A stretch of 64,000 nucleotides of DNA from contig JAWMAR010000030.1 in the NCBI GenBank assembly GCA_036785375.1, positions 5,084,001 to 5,148,000 on the forward strand, in the 5' to 3' direction. This document shows, piece by piece, positions 1 to 11,512 of the stretch. Each line of letters starts with the position of its first letter. Positions within the stretch are counted from its first letter, which is position 1. The DNA is from Leucoraja ocellata (Eukaryota). Both the position numbers and the translations under genes were made by a program. The notes under the pieces were generated by a model, which was not told where the DNA came from, did not search any database, and saw only the letters and a list, made by a program, of their open reading frames with translations.

Positions 1-1277
1 CTTTGTACATAGAACATCACTTAATCAAATGAATCTGTCTAGCAAATCCACTTTGCCAGGCTTACAAGGCAAGTAAGCATTTACTTGCATGCAGTAATCA
101 AAGGTAAGTGTCAACTAACCAAGCCCTTTTCAGCCACAAGACTGGATCTAGGAGATCCAACTTGTTTGTGTAACATATTTTGAGAGGTGTTATGACCCGA
201 AGATGCATAAAGGATCAGTTAGTATGTGGATCAAATTTGATTTGGCTACAAACATTGTCTAAATAATTAGGCCTTCATTTGTTGCTTGATGCTGTGGCTC
301 AATTTTTTCACATGTTAATTTGCTAAAATGACTGGTGGCTGGCCTTGTATTTAGTAACAGTACAGAGGTTGTAGTAAAAGACAGTCAATAAAATTGATGG
401 AGGGAAATGATTACTGTAAAAATTGAACTTTTCAGTGCTTTGACAGAGTATATTCCCATACAGCACAATAATTATGAAGCTCTTGGGGGCGAGGAGGAGC
501 CTTCAGCAGAAAAATGTAGACCTTGAATTCTGTTTCAGTCAGAAATTGTTACTGTATGTGAAGTGTTTTATTCCTAAGGGGATTGCATTTGTTGAAATTT
601 ACAGGTTTCAGCTATTCACCGTGGAACAATCTGCCAGAGCGTCCATTAATAAGCATACCTGGAAAGTTAGACTGGAGGGGGGGGAATACCCTGTCTACTT
701 GTTTACTGTAAATATATTTATTGGTTAAAAGTTAATTATTTATAATGCATTTCATTCAGTTGAACCAGGTGAAAGGAAGATGTAGTGTTGCTGATTGTGT
801 ATCGGAGTATGAAATCTCTACGTTTTCAGCCGGGATCTTAACCCTTTATGTATTAGCATATTTGCATTAATTGGCCATACTCTTTTATTTCACAGTTGAA
901 TTATGATGATGCCATGGGATATGTTTTTGTTCTTTACTGACTTTTAACCTTTTGCTCCTCTGAACATTTGTATTTCAGATGTTTTGTTATCACTGTGGGT
1001 TTTTCATTGCGCTGATCTCACCATTTTCTTTGAATGGATGTTTTTTCTCTTCGGATTGCTTGCCTCTCTATCATTTCTGGAATAAAGCAGTTGGCTCTAT
1101 CTGTCATCTGCACCATTTGACTCTTTGTCTTTCACCTCTATTAAAATTGAGATATTTGGTTATCACGTGGTTCTTTGCAGCAGCTCGATCAACACTTTGG
1201 TTGTGTTTCCCTCAGCGTCGCCATGATTATCCTTCACATGTTGTTTGATGACATTTTGAAATTTAATTATAAGGGTG

Positions 1278-1620
1278 CATAGACAATAGGTGCAGGAGTA
1301 GGCCATTCTGCCCTTCGAGCCAGCACCTCCATTCAATGTGATCATGGCTGATCATCCACATCAGTACCCCATTCCTGACTTCTCCCCATATCCCTTGATT
1401 CCGCTAGCCCGAAGAGCCCTATCTAAATCTCTTTTGAATACAACCAGTGAATCGGCCTCCACTGCCTTCTGTGGCAGAGAATTCCGCAAATTCACAATTC
1501 TCTGTGTGAAAATGTTTTTCCTCATCTCAGTTTTAAATGGCCTACCCATTATTCTTAAACTGTGGCCCCTGGTACTGGATTCGCCCAACATCGGGAACAT
1601 GTTTCCTGCATCTATAGTGT
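1278..1620 (-). mobile_element. CR1-family LINE, 5'-truncated 3' end
   Basis: The minus-strand peptide TRGHSLRI..FKTEMRKNIFTQRIVNLRNSLP..VEADSLVVFKRDLD is the typical CR1 ORF2 C-terminus. The 3' UTR GAAGGGCAGAATGGCCTACTCCTGCACC is nearly identical to the copy at 57715-57887. Confidence 0.88.
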
Positions 1621-1751
1621 TCTGAGATACGCATTGTTTGAGTAAAGATCTTTCCTCTATTTTGAAGTAAATGTAGTGTGTCTATCATACAAGTACATGC
1701 TATCACTTGGGAGACTTAAACCATGACTGTCTAGTTATTCATATGAATGAT

Positions 1752-1842
1752 AGATATAAAATACTGGAGTAACTCAGCGGGACAGGCAGCATCTCTGGAG
1801 AGAATGAATGGCAGACGTTTCGGGTCGAGACCCTTCAGACCG
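1752..1842 (-). mobile_element. Penelope-like element terminal fragment (damaged hammerhead motif)
   Basis: GTAACTCAGCGGGACAGGCAGCATCTCTGGAG...GACGTTTCGGGTCGAGACCCTTCAGAC is the reverse complement of the terminus at 18090-18225. Confidence 0.75.
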
Positions 1843-2553
1843 AGCATTTAATTGAAGCTTCTGATTATGCCAATCTGCAGTGTTTAATCAGCTATTTTAA
1901 GGGTCAGTACTTGTCCCTGTAATATATCAAGACTCCTGTAGAAACTTGAATAAGAGGTGACAAGACTGTTTTAGTGACATCTGACAACAGCTATGAGCCT
2001 GTAATGTAACTGGGATTCCATCTAATTTTGATCAAGTGTGATAGTGCGCGTTACATGGTTGCGGTTTGTTTGGGGACAGCAAATTGCGAATGATGCTATG
2101 TGGCCACTTTAAATGCCACACACATTAATTGTCCAGACACATCTGTTTTTCACTCCAGTGCTGCACGGCAATGAGGTTCACTACAGTTATGTCCAAACCC
2201 CATGACTGGCAGACATCTCCAAATGTAAATGCCAGTAATCCATCAGGGGAAAATAAAGCATAGTTTACATTGCAATATTGCTTGAATTCAATGAAATTGA
2301 CTATCTTATTTCATTCTGTGCTTTAAACAGATGATTGCAAGAAAAATGTGCCCTTTCCAATTTTTCTGATGTAAAAAAAAAATTCATTTCCTGCAGGCTG
2401 AACTTGTGCCAAAATAATTGTTGCATTTATTTTATTTGTTATGATCTTAAAAAGGTGTCACTCCCAGCTTGTGAATATTAACTATTTAAGTATCTCTTTT
2501 ATTTATTTTTTCTTTCATTACCAATGGCAGAAACAAGTACCATTTAAACTAAA

Positions 2554-2745
2554 AGACACAAAATTCTGGACTAACTCAGCAGGACAGGCAGCATCTCTGG
2601 AGAGAAAGAATGGGTGATGTTTCAGGTCAAGTCCCTTCTTCAGACTGAGTCAAAGGGAGAGGGAAACTAGAGATATAGGAGGGGACAAAGTGCATGTGAG
2701 GTGTGAAAGGGACAGATCAAAGCAGACGATGCTCAAGGAAATGTT
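2554..2745 (-). mobile_element. Penelope-like element terminal fragment
   Basis: Same terminal module; on the minus strand it reads CAGTCTGAAGAAGGGACTTGACCTGAAACATC. Confidence 0.75.
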
Positions 2746-3238
2746 TTATCCGAGTTCTAGCTCGGGTACGAGACCAAAGTGAGAATTCTCCAAATGGGAC
2801 AATAAATTGAGGCCCATTTTGCCTCTTTCAGCAATTGAGGTATTAATTGAAGAACAAGATATACTTTGATCCATTTTCATTTTTAACAACATTGAAAGTA
2901 AATTAAGTGGTCATTCATTGCATTGTTGATTGTGGATCTTGCTGCGTGAAGAATGATCGCTGTATTTTCCCACACAATAATAGTTGGTTTTCTGCGAAAA
3001 CCCATTGTTTTTTAAAGATACGTTAAGATGCTGTAGGTGTATGGGTGCACAAAGCAATGTATTTTAGAAATAAATAGTAAGTGCCATGCAAAATACATTA
3101 TAAGTGTAATATGCATTTGAAAGCATTGGAAATTGGAAAAACATTACAACAAAAGTATGATTTTTAATAATCATCCTTTAATAAATCTTGCTTGAGTTTG
3201 ATTATTTGGAACTTATTGGTTTTCATTTTCTCTTGTAG

Positions 3239-3370
3239 AGCTTTCAGTGATTGAACCAAATATATTTCTTCGACCTTTTCTGGAGGTGATCAGATCAGAA
3301 GATACAACTGGACCTATCACTGGGTTGGCACTAACGTCTGTTAACAAGTTCCTCTCTTATGGATTGATAG
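3239..3370 (+). CDS. GBF1: GBF1 window exon 1 (132 nt), DCB region
   Basis: ttttctcttgtag| ...LSVIEPNIFLRPFLEVIRSEDTTGPITGLALTSVNKFLSYGLI |gtaagt; phase 1-1. Confidence 0.96.
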
Positions 3371-3806
3371 GTAAGTGTACTTTGGCACTAAATTATAAAC
3401 TTAACTCTCTTTGAGCAAGCAGGGTACCCTGCCATCATGAAGTTATGGCTGATTACAATTTTTCAAAATGTAATTATCAGTGTGTATTTTGGAAATAAGG
3501 CCCAAGGTTTAGATTTTATCATTGTAATGGCAAAATATCTAGACAAAATAATAAGATATGCTAACAGTCACTAGCCTAGGCAAGAATGGCTCCATTATTT
3601 GTAAAAACGACTCCCAGCATTTATTGTTGAGCATTTGAAGTTATGATCTATTTTTTTAACATGGCCTTTGCGAAACTAGCCCATGTGGTCTCGTATTGTG
3701 CAGACATTTCTGGCTCTTCTTCAACTCCCGATGAGCAGATTGCTACTGTTGGGATTTTGATTGAAATCTTGGTGGTTTCTTTTATTTTGTGTTTATTTTG
3801 GTATTA

Positions 3807-5352
3807 CAGGTGCACAACCTTTTATCCGAAAGCCTTGGGACCAGACACTTTTCGTAATTCGGAATTTTTCGGCTTTCGGAATGGAAGATTTGTAGCGTAG
3901 ATTTTGACGGCTGGCTCAGTGGTAGAGTGCTCGGCTCATATCCGCCTCGATCCCGGCAGTTACTCGATCGCGAGTTTGAGTCTTCAATGTAGTTTTTTCT
4001 TGCAGAATAGGAGAGAATAGGGAGGGTTAGGCTGGGATCATTCTCTGCGAGATGATCTTAGTGCGGGAGACAAGTGTAGGAGAGGTGTACTGACTGTGTG
4101 GGCAGAACTTTGGAAGTGATTGCCCACCATTCTCAAAAGCCGCTGTGTCTCCTTGTCCCTGGGATAGCAGGGGGCGATCAAACAGCACAATACCTCCCTC
4201 CCCCTCCAACTCCAGAGGAATCCGCTCCCCGATGGGCCGCTACGGCGACAAGTGGCAGTTCGCCCACAATCCGAGCTGCGCCACCCCAAGAACAAGACGT
4301 ACCTTGCACACCATCAGCTTCTGCCCCCACGGGGAGCGTGTTCCTCTGGAGTTGGAGCGGGGCTGGGCTGGAGTTGCTGATCTGGGATCTCCGTGCTTGC
4401 AGTGGGCCTGGGGGTCGATGTCCCGATGAGAGGGCGCAGCTCGGGCTGTGGGCGAACTGCCACTTGTCGCCGTAGCGGCCCATCAGGGAGCGGCTTCTGG
4501 TGGTCCTGACGTCTCCGGCCACCCCCCTGTACAGGAGCTGAGACTGGGAACTGTACCGCCCTTGCAGGTGAGCAGGAGAGTGGGGTTGTTTTCAGTTGCA
4601 GAGGGAGGGGGCAAGGGCGGTACAGTTCCCAGTCTCAGCTCCTGTCCAGGGGGGTGGCCGGAGACGTCAGGACCAACAAGAACCCGCTCCCCGATGGGCC
4701 GCTACAGCAACAAGTGGCAGTTTGCCCACAGCCCGAGCTGCGCCCCCTCATCCGCAACCCGGGTTCCTCTGGAGTTGGAACGGGGCTGGGCTGCTGTTGG
4801 CTGTGGGTCTCTGGGATCTCCGTGCTTGCAGTGGGCCTGGGGGCCGGTGTCCCGTTGGTCCTGACATCCCCGGTGACTGGCACTGACCTGCTGGCATCGC
4901 CGACGTGAAGACAGTGCAAAGCCCCCGCGCTGGTGCAATGGGCGGGAGCTGGAGAGGGGAGGGAAGGGGTCACACACATGGCCGGGAAGCAGAGGGGTGA
5001 AACTGAAGGGAGCGACAATCTGCTGCTGCCTGCCCGCTGAGTTAAAAAGTTCCCACGCAAGACTCACGATACACTGTGTATCGTGAGTCTACCGTGGGAA
5101 CTTTTTAACTCAGCGGGCAGGCAGCAGCAGATTGTCAATTATTAACCCTCCCGCGCAATATACCCTCACCTTCTCCTTTATGAATGGGGATTTAGTTCCC
5201 CTTTCTTCGAGGACCGACCGGAGGTTCCGCTGACACCTCTGCGGGCCGCCCTCGGTGAACGTCTTCAAGGACCTTTCTTCAAGGACTGAAAAAATGGCCG
5301 CTATTCGGAGCTTTTCGTTATTTGGAATTTCGGATAAAAGGTTGTGCACCTG
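3807..5352. mobile_element. Non-autonomous Tc1/mariner (Tigger/pogo-like) DNA transposon, 1546 bp
   Basis: Perfect 25-bp TIRs CAGGTGCACAACCTTTTATCCGAAA (3807-3831 / 5328-5352) with TA on both sides (3805-3806, 5353-5354). The interior is GC/CpG-rich and has no transposase. Confidence 0.9.
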
Positions 5353-5687
5353 TACTATCATTTTAGTGAGTGGTATGCATTTGGTGCTTCTCCACTTGGC
5401 AATGGCTGCTCTTCCATATCTGCTCGAGGTGGGAACAGAACAAATAAGGGAAAAGGAAACAAAAAATAATGCATATTATTTCCCAGTATCTCTAAAATAG
5501 GTTTTGAGATTATCTCTGCCAGTAGACGTTGTCAATTAAACAATTTGATAGTGGATAACAAGTGTTTATGGTTTAATATGGAGTTTTCTGCAGCATTTTA
5601 GCTTAGACCATTATTGAAGTGGAAGACCAACAACTTGCTCTGCAAATAAATGACTATGTACCAGTTTTTTTTAGGAGAGTATTATGA

Positions 5688-5800
5688 GAAGTCAAGAGTG
5701 TTTTATTGTCATATGTCCGAGATTGAAAAATTGAAATTCATACTTGCAGCAGCACAACAGAATATGTAAACATAGAATCCTGTAAACAATATAATAAACG
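5688..5800 (-). mobile_element. LINE 3' terminal fragment (probably Rex1/Babar-like)
   Basis: GTCAAGAGTGTTTTATTGTCAT start, i.e. TGACAATAAAACACTCTTGAC on the minus strand; repeated at 63963-64000. Confidence 0.5.
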
Positions 5801-6044
5801 AGAGAAGTATTACATTTGAATTATACATTTTTCTTTTCTTGAATGTCTTAGTGTGGGTTTTAATTGTCATAAAACATTTTTTTTAATAAATTTGCACAGG
5901 GCTATTTCAATTTGCGATGACATTTACTTATCTTTGTGTATTTTTCTTTTCATCAGTTGCACAGCCCCCAGATGGGGAATTAACTGGTGTACCTTGTCAG
6001 TGAAAGAAATTTGGATTTTCTTAATTGCCAGTCTATATGTTATC

Positions 6045-6089
6045 TCTCTGTCTGTCTGTCTGTCTGTGCGTGTGTGTGTGTGTGTGTGT
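6045..6089. repeat. Compound microsatellite (TCTG)n(TG)n
   Basis: tctgtctgtctgtctgtctgtgcgtgtgtgtgtgtg... read directly. Confidence 0.9.
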
Positions 6090-7899
6090 TTTATATAATA
6101 TACAAGTGCTGTGTTTAAGGCTCCTTGTCAGAAAGCCGATATTATTGGCAAACAAAGCACGATTCATGGAATCCTGGAAGAGAATTTTGATGAGAAGGGC
6201 AAACCCTAATTTATTTGACTGCAATACCAACGAAGTGATGAATAAACATTCTGCAGGAGTGCCTGGGTGATTGCACATAATATTTCCTGAAAAATTTCTG
6301 TTGTGCACTTTAATATTTTGACTTTCTATGGTAGGTGTAGTGAATTAGGAGAGAATCATATGGTATTCAAATACTCAGATGAAAAGAAGGAAAAGTCCAT
6401 CCAGTCTGTTCCAAGCTCTCAAGGTGCAACCTACCCATTCCTTGAATGTCCTGCACCCCCATGTAACAGAACACATTTGATTCTATAGAGGGAGAGAAAC
6501 TCATTTGACATACTTATCAGTGTTTACAATGAGCTGAAACCTGTCTAAGCTGCTTGCTTGTTCCATTGTTTGAAAAGAAATAGGTCCTGATCTCATCTAA
6601 CCTAGTTCTGTAGTTGTTTTACCCTGTATTCCCTCACCTATTTTAAATAGATAGCTCAGCCACTTAGACTGAATATAATTCTTTCATAATTTAAAAGGGA
6701 AACTGAATGTTTAAAATTAAACTTGCAATGATATCTGTCCGAAAGTTAATGGTGACCTGAATTAGATTAAATTTGTTGTTCATTCAAAATGAGTTACAGT
6801 CTGCCTAATTTGGAGTTATAAAACTTCACATCCGAGCCTATTATTCATTGAATAAGGAAACAAGTACTAATAGCCGAGAGTATATGTAAAGATTAAATTT
6901 TACAATTTTTGAAATTAAAAAAATATTCTTGTACTTTAGTATTAGAATTGATGTGGCTTTAAGAATGTAATTCCTTGCAATCGCAGTTTTGTAAATTTAG
7001 GTTCATGGCCATGTATTGTATTTTTTTTAAGGGCCACAACTCTTGACAGATCTGGGATTTTTTTTTAAAGAGGCACAGGGAAATCAAGTGAATCCTTTTA
7101 TAAATGAGTCTCTATGGGGGGAAATAGTGAAAATGCAGGGGGGTATGAGGAGTTTTACATTTTTTTTCTTGAATTCTCTTTTTATAGCTTAAATTAGTCT
7201 GAGGCACATACTGAATCTCTGCATTAAAATGAAGATGCTGTCTAAAGGTTAATATATCAGACTTGGGAGGTAGACTGATATATCTGCAAAAGCACAACTC
7301 TCCCATGGTAAGTGGGCCCAGTGTCCTCTTCATGTTGTTCAGCAGTCGCAGTTGTTGAGTCTGACTCCCAGTCAACAGCATAGCAGTAATGCATGGTCTT
7401 CTGGGACTTTGCATTATTGTTTGCATAGTGGATATCTGCAGCATTGCGTTCTCATATCAGCTTGGACTGGTGCTGTTTTAATTTTAAGTCTTTGAATACC
7501 AACAAGTTGAGCTTGAACTAATATGAAAATCTTTAAGTTTGTGCAAATCTAGAAGTGAGTCAAAGGATCCATTCTGAAATATTCAAAATGTCTGAGCTTT
7601 TTACGCCTGTGCAAGTCTAGACGTGCATTGGAACACATTCAGATACGTAGGTTTGTATTCTCACTCACTTGCTCTAAAACCATTTGCATATCTTCTGTAA
7701 CATCAATCAAGTTTAAAAAGAGTTTTCTCATTAAAGTAACCTTTTTAATACGTAGCCTTCTTGTATTTGTCTTCAGAGTGAAATTTCTTTCAAGTCTATT
7801 GGCTGAGGCACACAAAGGAAGAGAAGGGAAATAACCCATGATCTGTATATAGTCGTTGTTAGGTCACCGCAGGTCAAGATTCATGTTACAGTGTAAAAG

Positions 7900-8310
7900 A
7901 AGGAATGGAACCACACAAGGATGTTACCAAGTTTAAAGTTGTTAATTTTGAAGAAAGATGCTGTTTTGTTTTGAACAGAGATGGTTTGAGGTGAGTTGGG
8001 GATATTAGTTAAGTTGTATACAATTGAGAGAGTTATTTGGATGAGATAGGAAGGATTGGTTTCGCCTGGTAGAGAGGTCAGTAAACAATTAAGATAATTA
8101 GAGAATTAAGAGTGAGAGATTGAATAAAATCTCTTCAGTGTTAGTGGGTGACTTTAATTTGTTGCCAAAGAGAGTTTCTTCATGAGACCGACAAGGCTAC
8201 AGAGCAAGAGATGGGAAGTGGGATTAAATCGGGTCGCTCCTAATTAGCTCTTGTGACAATCTTGGTCCAGATCCTGCTTACTGTGCTGTTAATTTATTTG
8301 ATTCTACAAA
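7900..8310 (+). mobile_element. Old degraded CR1-like LINE 3' region
   Basis: Eroded motifs resembling the CR1 C-terminus and tail (aggatgttacca, ttgaacagagatggtttgaggtga, agagcaagagatgggaagtgggatta); boundaries approximate. Confidence 0.45.
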
Positions 8311-10154
8311 ATCATAGGATCAATCTGATTCTAATTGTTTTTGAGGGGGCAGATTTTTAGCTTGGAACAAATGTAATTTTCCAACAAGCATATGCGACAA
8401 ACTGCTTTGCATTTTCATCAATATGCCCTCCAAAAACATTGGTCCTTAACAATTCAGTGTTAACTCTTAGTGCTACATTGGCTCTGAGAATATAATTGTT
8501 GCTGAGATGTGTGTCTGCAGCGAAAACATTGATTTTTAATTTTACTTGCAGTGGTTATTTTACAGCTTTGGTGATGGTATTTCAACATAATATGGCTGGG
8601 GATATCTCCTTCAGATTGAGTCACTTGGGGCTCGTTTGTTGAAGGATAATAGATAGAACATTGTTGCCAGCCATCAGTAATCCTTTTTGAGGGATGTGGA
8701 CTGGTGAAGTCCAATTCCACTTTTAAGTAAAATTGTGTGTGTATTCGAGAGACAGAGCGAGAGAGAAAGAACATTTGCTGTCTTTATGTGCCTTTTGAGC
8801 AAGAAAATTAAAAGTTGGCAGTTTACTCAAATCCGTTTAGTATATATAAATTATGAAAGATCTTGGATTCGATTCAGGCATCATTACAGAAATAAATTGG
8901 TTAATTGACTTTTATTCCGATTTGAACAAAATGTACTTGAGATGTATTCTATTTCCCATTCTGCTATTAGAGGTTGCCATTGCAGACCTTGTTAGTTTGA
9001 AAGTGTTGGTTGGATACCAACTGGAAGATTTATTATGGGGCGGACTCAGACTTTATTAAATGGAAGCAATTAATTTTGCAGACGAATGACTGCAAGGAAC
9101 ATATTTTTTGGTTAAAAGGAGGGCACGTCCAATTAAACAACTTAAAAATTGCAACCAAAGGACACTAGAATGGGTTGAAGCATTTATTTGATCATTTACC
9201 AAATTTTTACCATTCATTTAATTCATCTGCATCTCTTTATAACTTCCTTATATCCTGGTTTTTGACATAAGGAGGACAACCCTGTTTGTCAGAAAGACTT
9301 AAATCTTGTAACATTTCATACCAATTTAATTCTAATTTCATATGGATGCTCTTGGTATGTTTTTGTACTTCCTTCAAATGGAATTAACCATTGCTTTAAA
9401 ACAAAATGTTTGATCCTAATGTCTTGGAAAAGTCCAATTTTATTTACTATTGATTGTTCTTTTTGTTATTTGGAATTAGAATGGGTTTCTTTGAGAATAG
9501 AGATGATCTTTTATGCTTTAGAGTAGGGTATGTCAACCGACTGCCCTGAACGTGAATTTGATAAAGAAACAGTTCAGTGTGATTATTTCTGTGGGTTGAC
9601 AGCTGCTCTTATTTGAACTTTGGATTTAGTTCTTTGTAGTTCTTTCAATTGCCACATGAACAGGAAATGACGTTGATCATTTTCTTTGCAATGTGATAGC
9701 TGTTTTCGTGAATATATCTTACTGAAGGTTGATTCGTTAGTGACTAATCGTGAGGAGAGGTTGGATTAATTCCCTCTGGACAGCGAGGTTTCTAAGAATG
9801 GAGACTTATGCTTTATAGTTACTCAAAGCAGATCATGATTATGATATTGTTTGATGGTGGCTTTCAAAAAGAAATACTCAAAGCAATTGTACTGAGAGGT
9901 ATTTGAGCAGAAATAGTTTGCACTTATGTAGATAGATAGACCCATAGATTTTTAAATATAACCACTTCCCTTTAAAGGCTCACTGTAGGAAACCCAATTC
10001 TCCAGAAACACAGATAAAATATAAAAAATATGCCCTACAGCATGAAAATGGTGTGGCACCAGGGCCCTGATTGTTGCCTCGTCTCACATTTTTGAGTTTG
10101 CTTGTTGATATTTGTACAGAAGTTTTTTCAGAATACAAATGGAGACTTTTAACG

Positions 10155-10265
10155 GTGTTGGGAGAAACCGCAGATGCTGGTTTAAAACGAAGACACACAA
10201 AAAGCTAGAGTGACTCAGCGGGTCAGGCAGCATCTCTGAAGAAATGGAATAGATGACATTTTGAT
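10155..10265 (-). mobile_element. Penelope-like element terminal fragment
   Basis: GCAGATGCTGGTTTAAA...GACTCAGCGGGTCAGGCAGCATCTCTG module. Confidence 0.7.
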
Positions 10266-11389
10266 CTTGTTTTGGTGATGTTTCACTGTTTTTGCCTGCT
10301 ACAGTGGTTGGGCATGAATATGATGGAATTCTTATACAAGTAGTCAGACAATTTTTATGACTTCCTTCCTCACTTTGTGGTATGTTGAAAGGCCTCGGAA
10401 CCACAAATCCTTGTATAGACAAATAAAGAAAAGTGAGCAGGATGATTTATTGATAAATTATGCAGGGCAGACCTCAGGTTACATATCCCAAAATAGAAGA
10501 AATTTTGCACAAATAGTTAAACTGAATTGAAATTCCTCAATTTCCACGGTAGGATTATTCACCCTGACCCAGCCATCTTAAATCTTGACAGGTGGCTTTT
10601 TTAATCAGTTGAGGCCTGTGAATAATGACCTCATTTTGGTGGCCTGGGACATGATTTTCACTGTGTGGCAATTCCATGTGAAATCGAGGGAGCTGCAAGA
10701 ACCACGAGACAAAAGCCTTTAATTCTGCCAATGAAGGGGACTGTTGAACAGGTTTCTCAAATTTTGGCTGCAAACAGACATTGATGTGGGATGTAATCTT
10801 AACCAACAGTTCCAATATTGCTACATACTGGAATAGGGCTAATGAAGACTATTCAACTTCAATCATCTCTACTCCAGAAGTGATGTCACCTTAACATTAG
10901 TCATGGAGTTACAGTACACAGACAACATGAACTGACCCCAAGTTGTCACCATCTCAAAGTTGACTCGTGAGAGAATCGGCTTTGATGAAAACTTTCAAAG
11001 AATAAAATAGTCAACCTGTCTTGCTGTGCAATGCTGCGCTCCAATTATAAAGACCAACTCAGGAAAACATGGACTCCTTTGCATAACTTAGGAAGAACCT
11101 GCAAATGAAATTAAATCATGTACAGAGAAAAAGATTCAATAAATCTCTGAAGTGAAACACTCCCATATGCCAGTTAGGACCACTTGAAATGTCGGAGCAC
11201 TTGGGGTGGCATTTAAATCCTTGAGTCAATACATTTGATGCCTGCAGAAAGCTAATTGAGGATGAGCATCCCTTCCCAAACTACCCTCCTGCTAATCTTA
11301 TCAGGTTTCCATAAGATTCCACCAAATTCCATTTGTTGGAATCAGATCCAATCACTTGTTTTAGGAGACATTTATTCACATATTTTGAT

Positions 11390-11512
11390 ATGCAAGGTAG
11401 AGAAGAATGTTGACCTAATGTGGTCAAATCGGACAGGTATAGATGGTTTAAATGGTCAGCTTGCACCTGCTGGGGTGAAGGGCCTGTCTCTTTGTCTATG
11501 AGACTCTGATTC
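11390..11512 (+). mobile_element. CR1/SINE shared 3' tail fragment
   Basis: ...GGGGTGAAGGGCCTGTCTCTTTGTCTATGAGACTCTG resembles the tail shared by elasmobranch CR1 LINEs and SINEs. Confidence 0.45.

Noticed and set aside
95-110. Consensus donor AAG|GTAAGT at 103/104 as the preceding GBF1 exon
   Set aside because: The upstream sequence does not encode the expected DEERDPLL...LN peptide and has no convincing acceptor.
960-1248. Acceptor-like tttcag|ATG and an 89-aa ORF
   Set aside because: No good donor, low-complexity T-rich composition and no similarity to GBF1.
4228-4845. Repeated ~55-bp units resembling a CRISPR-like array
   Set aside because: Eukaryotic intron, mixed orientation, irregular spacing and no cas genes.
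4027-5500. Cluster of 80-141 aa ORFs on both strands
   Set aside because: They lie in the GC-rich palindromic MITE. The same peptides recur on both strands because of the internal repeats, and there are no transposase motifs.
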